From assembly GCA_963681965.1 (NCBI GenBank), contig OY820579.1, positions 1,792,001-1,856,000 of the forward strand: 64,000 nt of DNA, read 5' to 3'. Of this stretch, positions 27,521 to 36,566 are shown one piece after another (position 1 is the stretch's first letter; each line of letters begins with the position of its first letter). Below the pieces are notes generated by a model. It worked only from the letters and a program-made list of their open reading frames with translations, made no database searches and was not told the origin of the DNA. The translations under genes were made by a program, and so were the position numbers. The DNA is from a bacterium (GTDB lineage Bacteria > Electryoneota > JAOADG01).

Positions 27521-28919
27521 ACAACCTCGACGGAAATGGTTATGGATGATTCTAACGATTCTTATAATCGGATCATCAGTTGTTGTGATAGCGGCAAGCA
27601 ATGAATCGCGTACTTGTTTTATTTATCCCCCATTCAAACATACTTGGGGTGTGGTTCGAGGAACTCCAGCTAAGTTATTCATGTTAGTCGGGAAACGAGC
27701 CACTTTTGCAGAGCCATTAGGACTTTGCTGCGTGCGGCTCGATTGTTGGGATGACCCGAAAATTGCTGGCGATGACGACGAAGTGACAGTTTACGGCGTC
27801 AATTCCAATCAAAATATGGTGATCTATAATAAATCGATGTTTGAATTGGGGATATATGGCGACCGTGAGACCGGATCGGCAAAACTCAATAAACCTTGGG
27901 GTGTAGCTGCCAACAATAAAGGTGACGTGTTTGTAACCGATTTAGGGAATAACCGAGTGGTGAAATTGTTCAATCCCAAATCGGAATTGAAGTATGTATC
28001 GGCTTTCGGCTCGCTAGGTTCAAATAATGGTCAATTCAATTCACCTCGAGGTATTGCACTTGACAACCGCGGAATGATCTATGTCGCCGATTATCTGAAT
28101 AATCGCGTTCAGATTTTCAACTCATCCGGTGTTCATCAGCGAACCATCTTCGGAGTATTGGGTCCGATTGCTGTTGCCGTGATCGATGCCGAGGATCGTT
28201 GGAGCTACTCTTATGGACCGCGTCGCGAAGAATTTCTAATTGTCGTTGACTCGCTCGATGCACGTATTTCGAAATATTCGCTTGAAGGCGATCTGCTGGA
28301 ACGGGTAACCTCGGGCGATTGGGGTGCTGGTACCTGTCAACTTCAATTCTGCACAATCGATTATTTCTCGCAGGTTTTATTAACCGACCGGAAAAATAAT
28401 TGTATCTGGAAACTGGATCGTGATTTGAAAATGATCTGTCGGTTTGGTCGCAAAGGTACTTCCGATTACGAATTCGACGATCCGAGGGGAATTACGATGT
28501 ATCGTCGCTTTGGTCAGACCTTTGTTGCGGAACGGGAAGGGGCACAATATTTGTGGGTTGCCGTCGACTTACTTCACCCACAGGCAAAATGGGATGAGAA
28601 GACACGAATCTTGACCATCACCGGAATTTATTCCGAACCGGCGTTGGTTGATATGGACTTACTTGATGCATCCGATAAAATTGTAACCAGAGTTGCGATG
28701 ATCCGATCTACTGCTGGACCGTTCCAACATGAGTGGGATGGAAATATTAAAACATTTCCAAAATCAGGGTTGACCGATGCCGAACAATCGCAAGCAGCCC
28801 GGTTCCAAGATGGAAAACCGGTACCTCCCGGAAGTTACAAATTGAGGATCGCTTCGAAAGCGACCTATTCTTCAATCAAGGATTTCGTACAGGTGTTGAC
28901 GATACCTGTCACACTTTAA
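27507..28919 (+). CDS. Membrane-anchored NHL-repeat beta-propeller protein with C-terminal FlgD/Ig-like domain
   Basis: N-terminal TM helix. NHL repeats (LNKPWGVA, FNSPRGIALD...YVADYLNNRVQIF, FDDPRGI). HEWDG...GKPVPPGSYKLRI. Start chosen after GGAG and uncertain. Confidence 0.8.
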   Translation: MVKSKQPRRKWLWMILTILIIGSSVVVIAASNESRTCFIYPPFKHTWGVVRGTPAKLFMLVGKRATFAEPLGLCCVRLDCWDDPKIAGDDDEVTVYGVNSNQNMVIYNKSMFELGIYGDRETGSAKLNKPWGVAANNKGDVFVTDLGNNRVVKLFNPKSELKYVSAFGSLGSNNGQFNSPRGIALDNRGMIYVADYLNNRVQIFNSSGVHQRTIFGVLGPIAVAVIDAEDRWSYSYGPRREEFLIVVDSLDARISKYSLEGDLLERVTSGDWGAGTCQLQFCTIDYFSQVLLTDRKNNCIWKLDRDLKMICRFGRKGTSDYEFDDPRGITMYRRFGQTFVAEREGAQYLWVAVDLLHPQAKWDEKTRILTITGIYSEPALVDMDLLDASDKIVTRVAMIRSTAGPFQHEWDGNIKTFPKSGLTDAEQSQAARFQDGKPVPPGSYKLRIASKATYSSIKDFVQVLTIPVTL

Positions 28920-28934
28920 ACTACTTGGAGTTAA

Positions 28935-29360
28935 TTGTCCGGTATGTTGCATCACGTTGAATTGTATGTCGCTGATTTGAATCGCTCTCTGGCGTTCTGG
29001 GATTGGTTTCTACGGGAACTTGGATACTCTGAATTCCAATCTTGGGACTCGGGAAAAAGTTTCAAATTCGGCGATACTTATATCGTATTTGTTCAAGCTG
29101 AACGGCGATTTTGTCAGGAACCGTACCACCGTTGTCGACCGGGTCTCAATCATCTGGCATTTCATGCGAAGTCACGCGAACAAGTAGACCAGATTTCAAG
29201 GGAAATTCAGTATAGGGGGTTGAAGTTACTATATCCTGAACGTCATCCTTATGCAGGTGGCGAAGGGTATTACGCCCTCTTCTTTGAAGATCCCGATCGA
29301 ATGAAAGTGGAATTGGTTGCTCCAGATCCCATCGAGATTAGTACTCACTCCGAGGGGTGA
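28935..29360 (+). CDS. VOC/glyoxalase family protein
   Basis: LHHVELYV, GLNHLAF, YYALFFEDPDRMKVELV. Confidence 0.92.
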   Translation: MSGMLHHVELYVADLNRSLAFWDWFLRELGYSEFQSWDSGKSFKFGDTYIVFVQAERRFCQEPYHRCRPGLNHLAFHAKSREQVDQISREIQYRGLKLLYPERHPYAGGEGYYALFFEDPDRMKVELVAPDPIEISTHSEG

Positions 29361-29466
29361 GTGATTGAAATAATTGTGGTTTCATTTTCTGTTAAGCAGA
29401 AACAATTATCTAACAATTTTCTGAGGAGTCTTTTAACTGACCGAGTGGAATTCTAAATTGTTTCAC

Positions 29467-29494
29467 TCAAGAGTAATCATTTTTTCGTCGATAG
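29467..29494 (+). promoter_or_regulatory. Sigma-28 (FliA/SigD)-like promoter
   Basis: TCAAG (29467-29471), 15 nt, GTCGATAG (29487-29494); resembles TAAA/TCAAG-N15-GCCGATAA. Confidence 0.55.
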
Positions 29495-29518
29495 AAGATA
29501 CGAGGAGGAAGTGGTTCG

Positions 29519-29716
29519 ATGGAATCTGATCGATTGAATATTATCCATAACTGGCGGCAGGTTTACCAACCCACACCGGATGGGCGGAACCGTCACCAAA
29601 ATGGACAATCTTCACCGGATCGAGAACACTCCGAACACCATGATAAAGAACCACCATCGCACGATCCTGTAACCCATCCCAAAGATGAAGAGCACAAAGT
29701 GGATATGACGGTTTAA
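29519..29716 (+). CDS. Small (65 aa) hydrophilic His/Pro/Asp-rich protein
   Basis: Strong RBS GAGGAGG, its own promoter and terminator, C-terminal HKVDMTV. Confidence 0.7.
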   Translation: MESDRLNIIHNWRQVYQPTPDGRNRHQNGQSSPDREHSEHHDKEPPSHDPVTHPKDEEHKVDMTV

Positions 29717-29735
29717 CAGGATCAACATGAATTTG

Positions 29736-29763
29736 AAAAAGCAGGCGAAAAGCCTGCTTTTTT
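29736..29763 (+). terminator. Rho-independent (bidirectional) terminator
   Basis: AAAAAGCAGGC-GAAAA-GCCTGCTTTTTT. Confidence 0.88.
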
Positions 29764-29801
29764 GTTGTATCTTATGGTTTAACAAGAATAGAAATTCACT
29801 G

Positions 29802-31220
29802 ATGTTTGCATCATTTTGGAACAAAATTACCGATTCTCTTCGTGGAACCACTAATGATCCTGGTGGTATAGCTAAACGTTTGAAATCGCTTTTATCTGGC
29901 TCGAATCGAGCGGAAACAATATCCTTTGTTCGAAGAGGTGCCCGATCCTTACGTTTGCGAAGCTTGGATTTGAAAACCGGTTCCAATTCAAAATCGCTGG
30001 TTGCCGAAGTCGATGATTGGGTTTTCACGTCTGGTCAAAATGACACAATTCGTTTGATTTTAACTGTATCTCACTGGCAAGGCGGCGAGGAAATTCGACT
30101 CGAAGGAGAAACGGATGTCGTGGAACCTCCATCCATTGTTCCAGGAATAGTCGAGCTGACAATTCCCGAAAGTATGTCGCAAACTACACTGGAATTTTTA
30201 ACACGACCCGATCCAGTTAAACCACTTACTTACTATTTTTCAATCGATGGTGAGGAATTTCACGCACCCGTTCTAGAAATGAGCCGTCGTAGTTTCCGGT
30301 TTCGACTTCCCGCCGATCAGGACATTTCACCGGATGGTGCGTTAAATGGCGATGGTTATATTCGTTTTGTCGATGGGACGTCAATTCCATTTGAGAGTTG
30401 GTGGAACCGGATCGGTAAACTGTTGACCGAAGCTGAAATCCAACGGATCAAATCAAAGCAATTAGAAATTGTAATCGCTTATCTTCGGGACCGGTTTTTA
30501 GCACAAGAAGTCGTATGGGATGGGATGCATAAAGTCGATCCCGAAGACGACAACGAACCGGGCATTCGGATGCGCCGTAAATCGCAATTAGGTGATTTGA
30601 AAGCGCTTTGGTTAGATTCTGATGCACCACCATCGAATTGGTTTCCCGGTGCGATTGAACCGGTTCAGAAATGGACTTCGAAAAGTGCCGATGCGATCGC
30701 AGTCGAATATGATGCTGTTATTGGTTCAAATCGCAGTTTAGTAAACTGGATTGAACAAAATTCGTTGAGTAATAATTTCGAAAATCAGTGCGTTATCATT
30801 CAGCTTGGAACCGGTCAAAGTCACGCTTTGACGATAACTTCCATCGAGAAGACAACTGATCCGGTCGATTGGGAAGCTCTATTTGGTTGGACCAAGCGAT
30901 ATGACTATGAAATTGAGAAAGAAGCTTATTTGGTTGAAGGTTCTCGGCGTGATCATTTCCGGCTGGCACAACAGCTTACGCCATTCAATGTTCGATTGCA
31001 CTGGATCACTCGAAGTAAACTATTTCCTGAAATTGGATCATTTATTTTTCTACCGGACGACTATTCAATAGCGACTCAATTGATCGAGGCAAATAAGTTG
31101 TTAATCCCTCTAGTTCGAGCTTGGGTCTTAGGTGAGGGTGGGGTGGAATGGGATTCGATCGGCATTGCGCCAATGCCAAATGTAGAAGAATGGGCTGAGA
31201 AATTTGCCAATGAACAATAA
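29802..31220 (+). CDS. Hypothetical protein, possibly degenerate PilZ-like plus pseudo-receiver domains
   Basis: Long ORF. Start moved past the terminator. Weak motifs VLEMSRRSFRF, KALWLDSD, EAYLVEGS. Confidence 0.6.
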   Translation: MFASFWNKITDSLRGTTNDPGGIAKRLKSLLSGSNRAETISFVRRGARSLRLRSLDLKTGSNSKSLVAEVDDWVFTSGQNDTIRLILTVSHWQGGEEIRLEGETDVVEPPSIVPGIVELTIPESMSQTTLEFLTRPDPVKPLTYYFSIDGEEFHAPVLEMSRRSFRFRLPADQDISPDGALNGDGYIRFVDGTSIPFESWWNRIGKLLTEAEIQRIKSKQLEIVIAYLRDRFLAQEVVWDGMHKVDPEDDNEPGIRMRRKSQLGDLKALWLDSDAPPSNWFPGAIEPVQKWTSKSADAIAVEYDAVIGSNRSLVNWIEQNSLSNNFENQCVIIQLGTGQSHALTITSIEKTTDPVDWEALFGWTKRYDYEIEKEAYLVEGSRRDHFRLAQQLTPFNVRLHWITRSKLFPEIGSFIFLPDDYSIATQLIEANKLLIPLVRAWVLGEGGVEWDSIGIAPMPNVEEWAEKFANEQ

Positions 31221-31292
31221 ATATGTCAGATTGTTTAATCACGATGGTTGGTCAATAGAAAATTCATTTTCGAACACAATTCTGGGTACTAG

Positions 31293-32156
31293 ATGAAGCA
31301 AATTATTGTTATTTGCCTTGCGATCTCGGTCGTTCTTGCAGGTTGCTCGATGTCTTCGATTACGGTGAAAGCAACTAAACCCTTGATTCGATCCACCTTC
31401 ACTGAAGTAATGGATGAACCGGATCTGGTTATTGCCAAGACTTCGGTCGAATCGAATTTAAAATTGTTAGATGGAATGCTGCATGACCAACCAAAGGATC
31501 GAGAGCTACTGGAATTGGCTGCAATGGGTTATTTTGCCTATTCGATCGCATTTGTCGAAGATGATTCTGCCGCACGGGCGATGGCAATTTATGAAAGATC
31601 AAAAGGGTACGCTGCTCGTGGTTTGGCAACTTTTGGCTACGATACTGCCCTACTGCGGGCTACTCCGGATGAAATTGCCTCGTCAATCGAAAGGCTACCT
31701 GCAAAAGCGACACCATTTGTCTTCTGGTTTGGGTTGTCATCTGCGATGCGAATTATGTTAGCTATTGATAATACTGAATTACTGGCTGACTTGCCGCGCG
31801 TAGAAAATATGATGCAATTAGTAAGGATGCGTGATTCTACGTATTTTTATGGTGGAGCACCACTATTCTTTGGTGTGATGAATGGATTTCGACCAAAGAT
31901 ACTTGGGGGAAATCCTGAACTTGCGGAACGCGAATTCGATCTCTGCCGTAAAATGAGTAACAATCAGTTCCAATTGGAGCGGGTTTTCCGGGCAAGATAC
32001 TTGTATGTAACTACGCTCGAAGAAGAGAAATTCCGGTCCGAACTGAATGCTGTCTTGGCAAGTTCCGACGATGTCCACCCGGGACGAAGATTATTAACAG
32101 CGGTAGCGAAAAACAAAGCACGTCGCTACTTAGCAAACGCTTCCAATTGGTTTTAA
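31293..32156 (+). CDS. tatT: TRAP transporter TatT component (TPR-like lipoprotein)
   Basis: Lipobox LAGC, NLKLLDGML, YFYGG...FFG, PKILGGNPELA; lies directly upstream of dctPQM. Confidence 0.88.
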   Translation: MKQIIVICLAISVVLAGCSMSSITVKATKPLIRSTFTEVMDEPDLVIAKTSVESNLKLLDGMLHDQPKDRELLELAAMGYFAYSIAFVEDDSAARAMAIYERSKGYAARGLATFGYDTALLRATPDEIASSIERLPAKATPFVFWFGLSSAMRIMLAIDNTELLADLPRVENMMQLVRMRDSTYFYGGAPLFFGVMNGFRPKILGGNPELAEREFDLCRKMSNNQFQLERVFRARYLYVTTLEEEKFRSELNAVLASSDDVHPGRRLLTAVAKNKARRYLANASNWF

Positions 32157-32280
32157 TCCCCGGGTGAATTTCCCAAAAGGGATTTATTGAATTACAATTT
32201 GGGGGAAACCCCGCAGAGAAGACTGATGGCTCTTATTTCTGTTGAAGTTGCCACAGTCGATTTTCTGGAAAAGAGGAAAC

Positions 32281-33273
32281 ATGAAACGCATTCTTCCGTT
32301 CCTGGCGCTACTTTTCATTGCGCCGTTCGTGTTGGCTCAAACTGAAATCAAATTTGCCACAGTGGCTCCCGAGGGAACCTCTTGGATGAAGATCATGCGC
32401 CAGATCGCCAAAGAAGTCGGCGATCAAACGCATAATCAAGTCACCTTCAAATTTTACCCCGGTGGCGTGATGGGTGACGAAACCGAAATGTTGCGCAAAA
32501 TCCGGATTGGTCAACTTCATTCCGGTGGTTTTACCGGTAATGGGCTTGGCGAAGTCAACTCGGCAATTCGTGTGCTCGAGCTGCCCTATCTATTCCAATC
32601 GGAAGAGGAGATCGATACTGCAGTGGCTGCAATTCAAGACGACCTGGAACGTGGTTTCGCCGAAAAAGGCTTTGTTCTGTTAGGTTGGGCTGATGTCGGT
32701 TTTGTACATTTCTTCTCGAAAGGACCGATCCGCAATTCTTCCGATTTGAACGGCAAGAAAGTGTGGATGTGGCAGGGTGATCCCTTGGCACGCGCGTTTT
32801 TCAAGAGCTATAATGTCAACGCTATTCCGTTGGCACTGCAGGATGTCTTAACGCAACTGCAAACCGGCATGATCGATGTCGTTTACGCCAGTCCTGCTGC
32901 TGCGATTGGGCTGCAATGGCAGACGCGCACTAAGTATGTGACCGAACAGCCGATGACCTATGCCAGTGGTGCAGTGCTATTGTCGAAAAAAAGCTACGAT
33001 AAATTGACTGCCGACCAGCAGAACATTCTGAAAAATGTCTCGCGTCGATTGCTGCGACAGTTAACAATTCAATCGCGGAAAGATAATAAAGCCGCTTTTG
33101 CCACATTGAAGGCTTCAGGATTATCAGTCACTCCCATACCGTCTGAATCCGAATTGAAGCATATGGAAGAAATCAGTCTTAGAACGCGTCAGCAACTGGT
33201 CGGGCAGTTGTATTCGCAAAGCATGCTAACAAAAGTCGAATCGGCACTTAAGGCATACCGGGAAAAAAATTGA
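32281..33273 (+). CDS. dctP: TRAP transporter substrate-binding protein (TatP-type DctP)
   Basis: IKFATVAPEGTSW, FYPGGVMGDE, LRKIRIGQL, LQTGMID. Start re-called after GAGG. Confidence 0.93.
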   Translation: MKRILPFLALLFIAPFVLAQTEIKFATVAPEGTSWMKIMRQIAKEVGDQTHNQVTFKFYPGGVMGDETEMLRKIRIGQLHSGGFTGNGLGEVNSAIRVLELPYLFQSEEEIDTAVAAIQDDLERGFAEKGFVLLGWADVGFVHFFSKGPIRNSSDLNGKKVWMWQGDPLARAFFKSYNVNAIPLALQDVLTQLQTGMIDVVYASPAAAIGLQWQTRTKYVTEQPMTYASGAVLLSKKSYDKLTADQQNILKNVSRRLLRQLTIQSRKDNKAAFATLKASGLSVTPIPSESELKHMEEISLRTRQQLVGQLYSQSMLTKVESALKAYREKN

Positions 33274-33764
33274 AATACTTTCAACTACTTGACAAGATCA
33301 TCATCCGGATTGTCGAAGGGATAATCGTCGCGATCTTGGCATATATGCTACTCGGCCAGTTATATCAAGTAATTGCCCGTAACTTCTGGGGCGGTGGAAT
33401 CGAAGCGGTTGATTTCACCATGCGCTACGGCATCGTTTGGTTGGGTTTGCTCGGTGGCGTTGTAGCGATGCGAACCGGAAATCAGATTCGAATCGATTTG
33501 GTTCTAAAACTGTCATCGTTGCAAGTGCGACGGTGGCTGGAATTAGCTACTTCGATTGCAACTGCCGCAATCTGTATATTTCTGTTAAAAGCATCGCTTT
33601 CTATGATCGCCGCCGAAACCGCTGCTCAGACCAAGCTATTCGGCAATTATACCGTGGTGCCGTTTCTCTGGGTTTATCCTGTTGGCTTTGGTTTGATTGC
33701 AGTCGAAACGCTCATCCGCGGAATTCAAATTGCGATAACCGGTGTGATTGAGGAGCCCCAATGA
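33270..33764 (+). CDS. dctQ: TRAP transporter small permease
   Basis: 4 TM helices, QVIARN, WLGLLGG...QIRIDL. Confidence 0.88.
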   Translation: MKYFQLLDKIIIRIVEGIIVAILAYMLLGQLYQVIARNFWGGGIEAVDFTMRYGIVWLGLLGGVVAMRTGNQIRIDLVLKLSSLQVRRWLELATSIATAAICIFLLKASLSMIAAETAAQTKLFGNYTVVPFLWVYPVGFGLIAVETLIRGIQIAITGVIEEPQ

Positions 33765-35050
33765 GCCTCATTATTACCGGATTCATCCTTATTGCACTTG
33801 CCGGAGCCCCATTATTCGCAATTTTTGGTGGACTGGCAGTTGCACTATTCACCCGGGACGGGATTGATCCTGCCGCAGCGATCATTGAATTCAATCGTCT
33901 TGCCAGCCAACCGATTTTAATAGCAATTCCCCTTTTCACTTTCGCCGGTTACCTATTAGCGCGCTCGAATGCGCCAAATCGCCTTATCCGTCTATCGCGG
34001 GCATGGATTGGTTGGATTCCCGGTGGATTAGCGTTGGTCACATTACTTGCTTGTGCCGTATTTACCGCTTTCACCGGTGCCAGTGGCGTTACCATTATTG
34101 CGATCGGTGGACTGGTTTATCCGATCCTCTTGCAGGAAAAATACCCTCAAAGATTTAGTCTCGGATTGGTTGCTTCTTCTGGATCGATCGGTCTACTATT
34201 TCCACCTTCTTTACCGGTCATTTTATACGGAATTGTGGCAAAAACTTCGGTTGATCGGCTCTATGTGGGCGGGATGCTTCCGGGTATCATGATGATTTTG
34301 TTTCTGGCATTTTACTCGGTGAAAGTTGCGATGCCGCTCGAACGTATTAAGTTCGATTGGGGCAATGCAATTGCATCGTTAAAAGAAGCCAAATGGGATC
34401 TACCACTACCCTTCATCATTCTATTCGGGATTTACACCGGCAAATTTACGGTAGCCGAAGCGGCTGCTATCACCGCCGGATACGTACTCATCGTCGAAGT
34501 GTTTATTCATCGCGAAGTGTCGTTAACCAAACAACTCCCCAAAATTATGCGCGACAGTATGATTCTGGTAGGTGGTATCAAAATTATTCTTGGCTGCGCA
34601 CTTGCATTTACCAGCTATCTGATCGATGCGCAAGTACCGAATCGGTTGTTCGAGTGGATCAGCACATTTATTGCCAGCAAGTATGTCTTCCTGCTGTTGT
34701 TAAATGTATTCTTACTGCTCGTAGGTACAATGATGGATATTTTCTCAGCTATCGTTGTCGTCGTTCCACTCATTGTGCCGATCGCAAATCAGTTCGGAGT
34801 CAATCCAATTCACCTCGGGATCATCTTTCTCACCAATCTCGAAATCGGGTATCTTTCGCCTCCAGTGGGTATGAATTTATTTATGGCGAGCTACCGGTTT
34901 AAGATTCCGTTGATGAGATTGTACCGTGTAGCATTACCGTTTCTCATTCTGATGTTTATTGCCCTGTTATTGATTACTTATGTACCCGAGTTGAGCTTGG
35001 GTCCGGTGGACTTCTTTTTTCCCAAGGATGTACCTGTAACTACGCCATGA
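33761..35050 (+). CDS. dctM: TRAP transporter large permease
   Basis: LIAIPLFTFAG, FTGASGVTI, GLLFPPSLP, IGYLSPPVGMNLF. Confidence 0.96.
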   Translation: MSLIITGFILIALAGAPLFAIFGGLAVALFTRDGIDPAAAIIEFNRLASQPILIAIPLFTFAGYLLARSNAPNRLIRLSRAWIGWIPGGLALVTLLACAVFTAFTGASGVTIIAIGGLVYPILLQEKYPQRFSLGLVASSGSIGLLFPPSLPVILYGIVAKTSVDRLYVGGMLPGIMMILFLAFYSVKVAMPLERIKFDWGNAIASLKEAKWDLPLPFIILFGIYTGKFTVAEAAAITAGYVLIVEVFIHREVSLTKQLPKIMRDSMILVGGIKIILGCALAFTSYLIDAQVPNRLFEWISTFIASKYVFLLLLNVFLLLVGTMMDIFSAIVVVVPLIVPIANQFGVNPIHLGIIFLTNLEIGYLSPPVGMNLFMASYRFKIPLMRLYRVALPFLILMFIALLLITYVPELSLGPVDFFFPKDVPVTTP

Positions 35051-36564
35051 TCGCGCAAATTCATTCTCGCTATATAAATTACCGACCGATATACAACGCA
35101 TTGAGTATTTGGTTGGTTGTTATCGTTATCGCATTACTCCAATCTGGATATGCAGTAGCCGACCCGACCAATACAACGTATGATCGCGCGATTTTCGCTG
35201 CAGTGAATGGTAATTCGGCAGAAGCGATCACGCTATTCCAATCGCTCGTCGGTTCGAATGATCGAAAACCGTTGGTCTTAAGCAATTTGGCTATTCTATT
35301 AGCTCGAGCGGGTCGCGCATCCGAAGCCGAGTCGGCATTTAGAAAGGCATTGGAGCTGCAAAGTAATCGTCGGATCAATACTGCTTTTGCTGAATTTTTA
35401 CTCACTCAGAATCGCGCTGCTGAGGCGTTGACATTCGCGCAACGGGGAATCAATGATAAACGCGCCGAAGGAAATGTGACCCTCGGACGCGTTTATAAAA
35501 AAATGGGAAATTCTACTGAGGCACGTGCTGCGTTGCAAGAATCACTAACGCGAAATCCCCGCAATTCAGTTGCAATTGAAGAGTTACTTCCGATACTTAT
35601 CGAGACGGGAGATTATGAGACGGCGGCAAGGGTAACGCGAGCGGCAATCGCTGAATTTCCCGAAGGGGCAGCACTTTACTGGTACGGTATTGCAATCGAA
35701 CATCAAGATCATCAACCCGATGCCAAACGTCAATTCGAAAAGTATCTATCGATTTATCCACATGGAAAGTATCGCGATCAGTGTATTGAACATTTAAAAA
35801 CAATCAATCCTACAGTCGATTATACTAGTAGTTCCGAAGCGAGAATACAGACTTATTTAAAACAGCCGGCGAGTCCGATGGGTGATCGTGTATTTTCACC
35901 CGGGAGAAAATGGGTATACCAGATTAGCTGGAAGTTTTTTACACTTGGATCGATGACTGTAGAATCAGTGCGACGGACTGTCCAAAACAATCGACCGGTA
36001 TGGTTGGTTCGAACGACAATAAAGAGCAATCCATCCATACCGTTGATCAAAATCGACGATGTGTATGAATCTTATGTCGATGCCGATTTTCGCTATACCA
36101 ATCGTTACTGGACGGTTTACGCCCAGAGTGGACGCTACGACCAGAAAGTTTATGAATGCGATCTCGAACATGGTTCCTTCGTGGCAAATTGCGTCGATGA
36201 CAACGGTTACCTCTATTTTGTCGAAAAGGATTTACCACTTGACGCCTATGACGGTATCTCTGTACTAACTTGGGCTCGACGTGTGGTTTCATCGAATCGT
36301 GCCGGTAAAGCAATTACTATGATTGACGAAGAATTTAAATATTCGACGGTGTTACCGGGTTTTACCGACGAGAAAATTTCAGTCGGTGGAACGAAATACG
36401 AGACAAAGAAATTCAATGCACAGGTTAATTATATTGGAATTGCCGGTCTGACCGGTAAAGCGACCGGTTGGATTACATCGAATGCCGATGCGCTTCCGGT
36501 GCGAGCGCTGTTCGAAATCACGATTGGATCGATCGATATTCACCTGCAACGGATTGAAGGGTAA
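35047..36564 (+). CDS. Exported TPR-repeat + DUF3108-like protein
   Basis: Signal/TM segment, TPR repeats, then a DUF3108-like region (YQISWKFFTLG, IDDVYESYVD, GWITSNADALPVR...IGSIDIHL). Confidence 0.75.
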   Translation: MIAQIHSRYINYRPIYNALSIWLVVIVIALLQSGYAVADPTNTTYDRAIFAAVNGNSAEAITLFQSLVGSNDRKPLVLSNLAILLARAGRASEAESAFRKALELQSNRRINTAFAEFLLTQNRAAEALTFAQRGINDKRAEGNVTLGRVYKKMGNSTEARAALQESLTRNPRNSVAIEELLPILIETGDYETAARVTRAAIAEFPEGAALYWYGIAIEHQDHQPDAKRQFEKYLSIYPHGKYRDQCIEHLKTINPTVDYTSSSEARIQTYLKQPASPMGDRVFSPGRKWVYQISWKFFTLGSMTVESVRRTVQNNRPVWLVRTTIKSNPSIPLIKIDDVYESYVDADFRYTNRYWTVYAQSGRYDQKVYECDLEHGSFVANCVDDNGYLYFVEKDLPLDAYDGISVLTWARRVVSSNRAGKAITMIDEEFKYSTVLPGFTDEKISVGGTKYETKKFNAQVNYIGIAGLTGKATGWITSNADALPVRALFEITIGSIDIHLQRIEG

Positions 36565-36566
36565 GA

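Noticed and set aside
29727-29801. N-terminal extension of the 497-aa ORF given in the track
   Set aside because: It runs through an intrinsic terminator; the ATG at 29802 is more plausible.
29612-30028. 138-aa antisense ORF over the small ORF and terminator
   Set aside because: No recognisable motifs or RBS; the plus-strand promoter-RBS-ORF-terminator unit explains the region.
34357-34902. 181-aa alternate-frame ORF inside dctM, and the many other 60-180 aa shadow ORFs in the track
   Set aside because: They are fully nested in well-supported genes and have atypical composition and no motifs.
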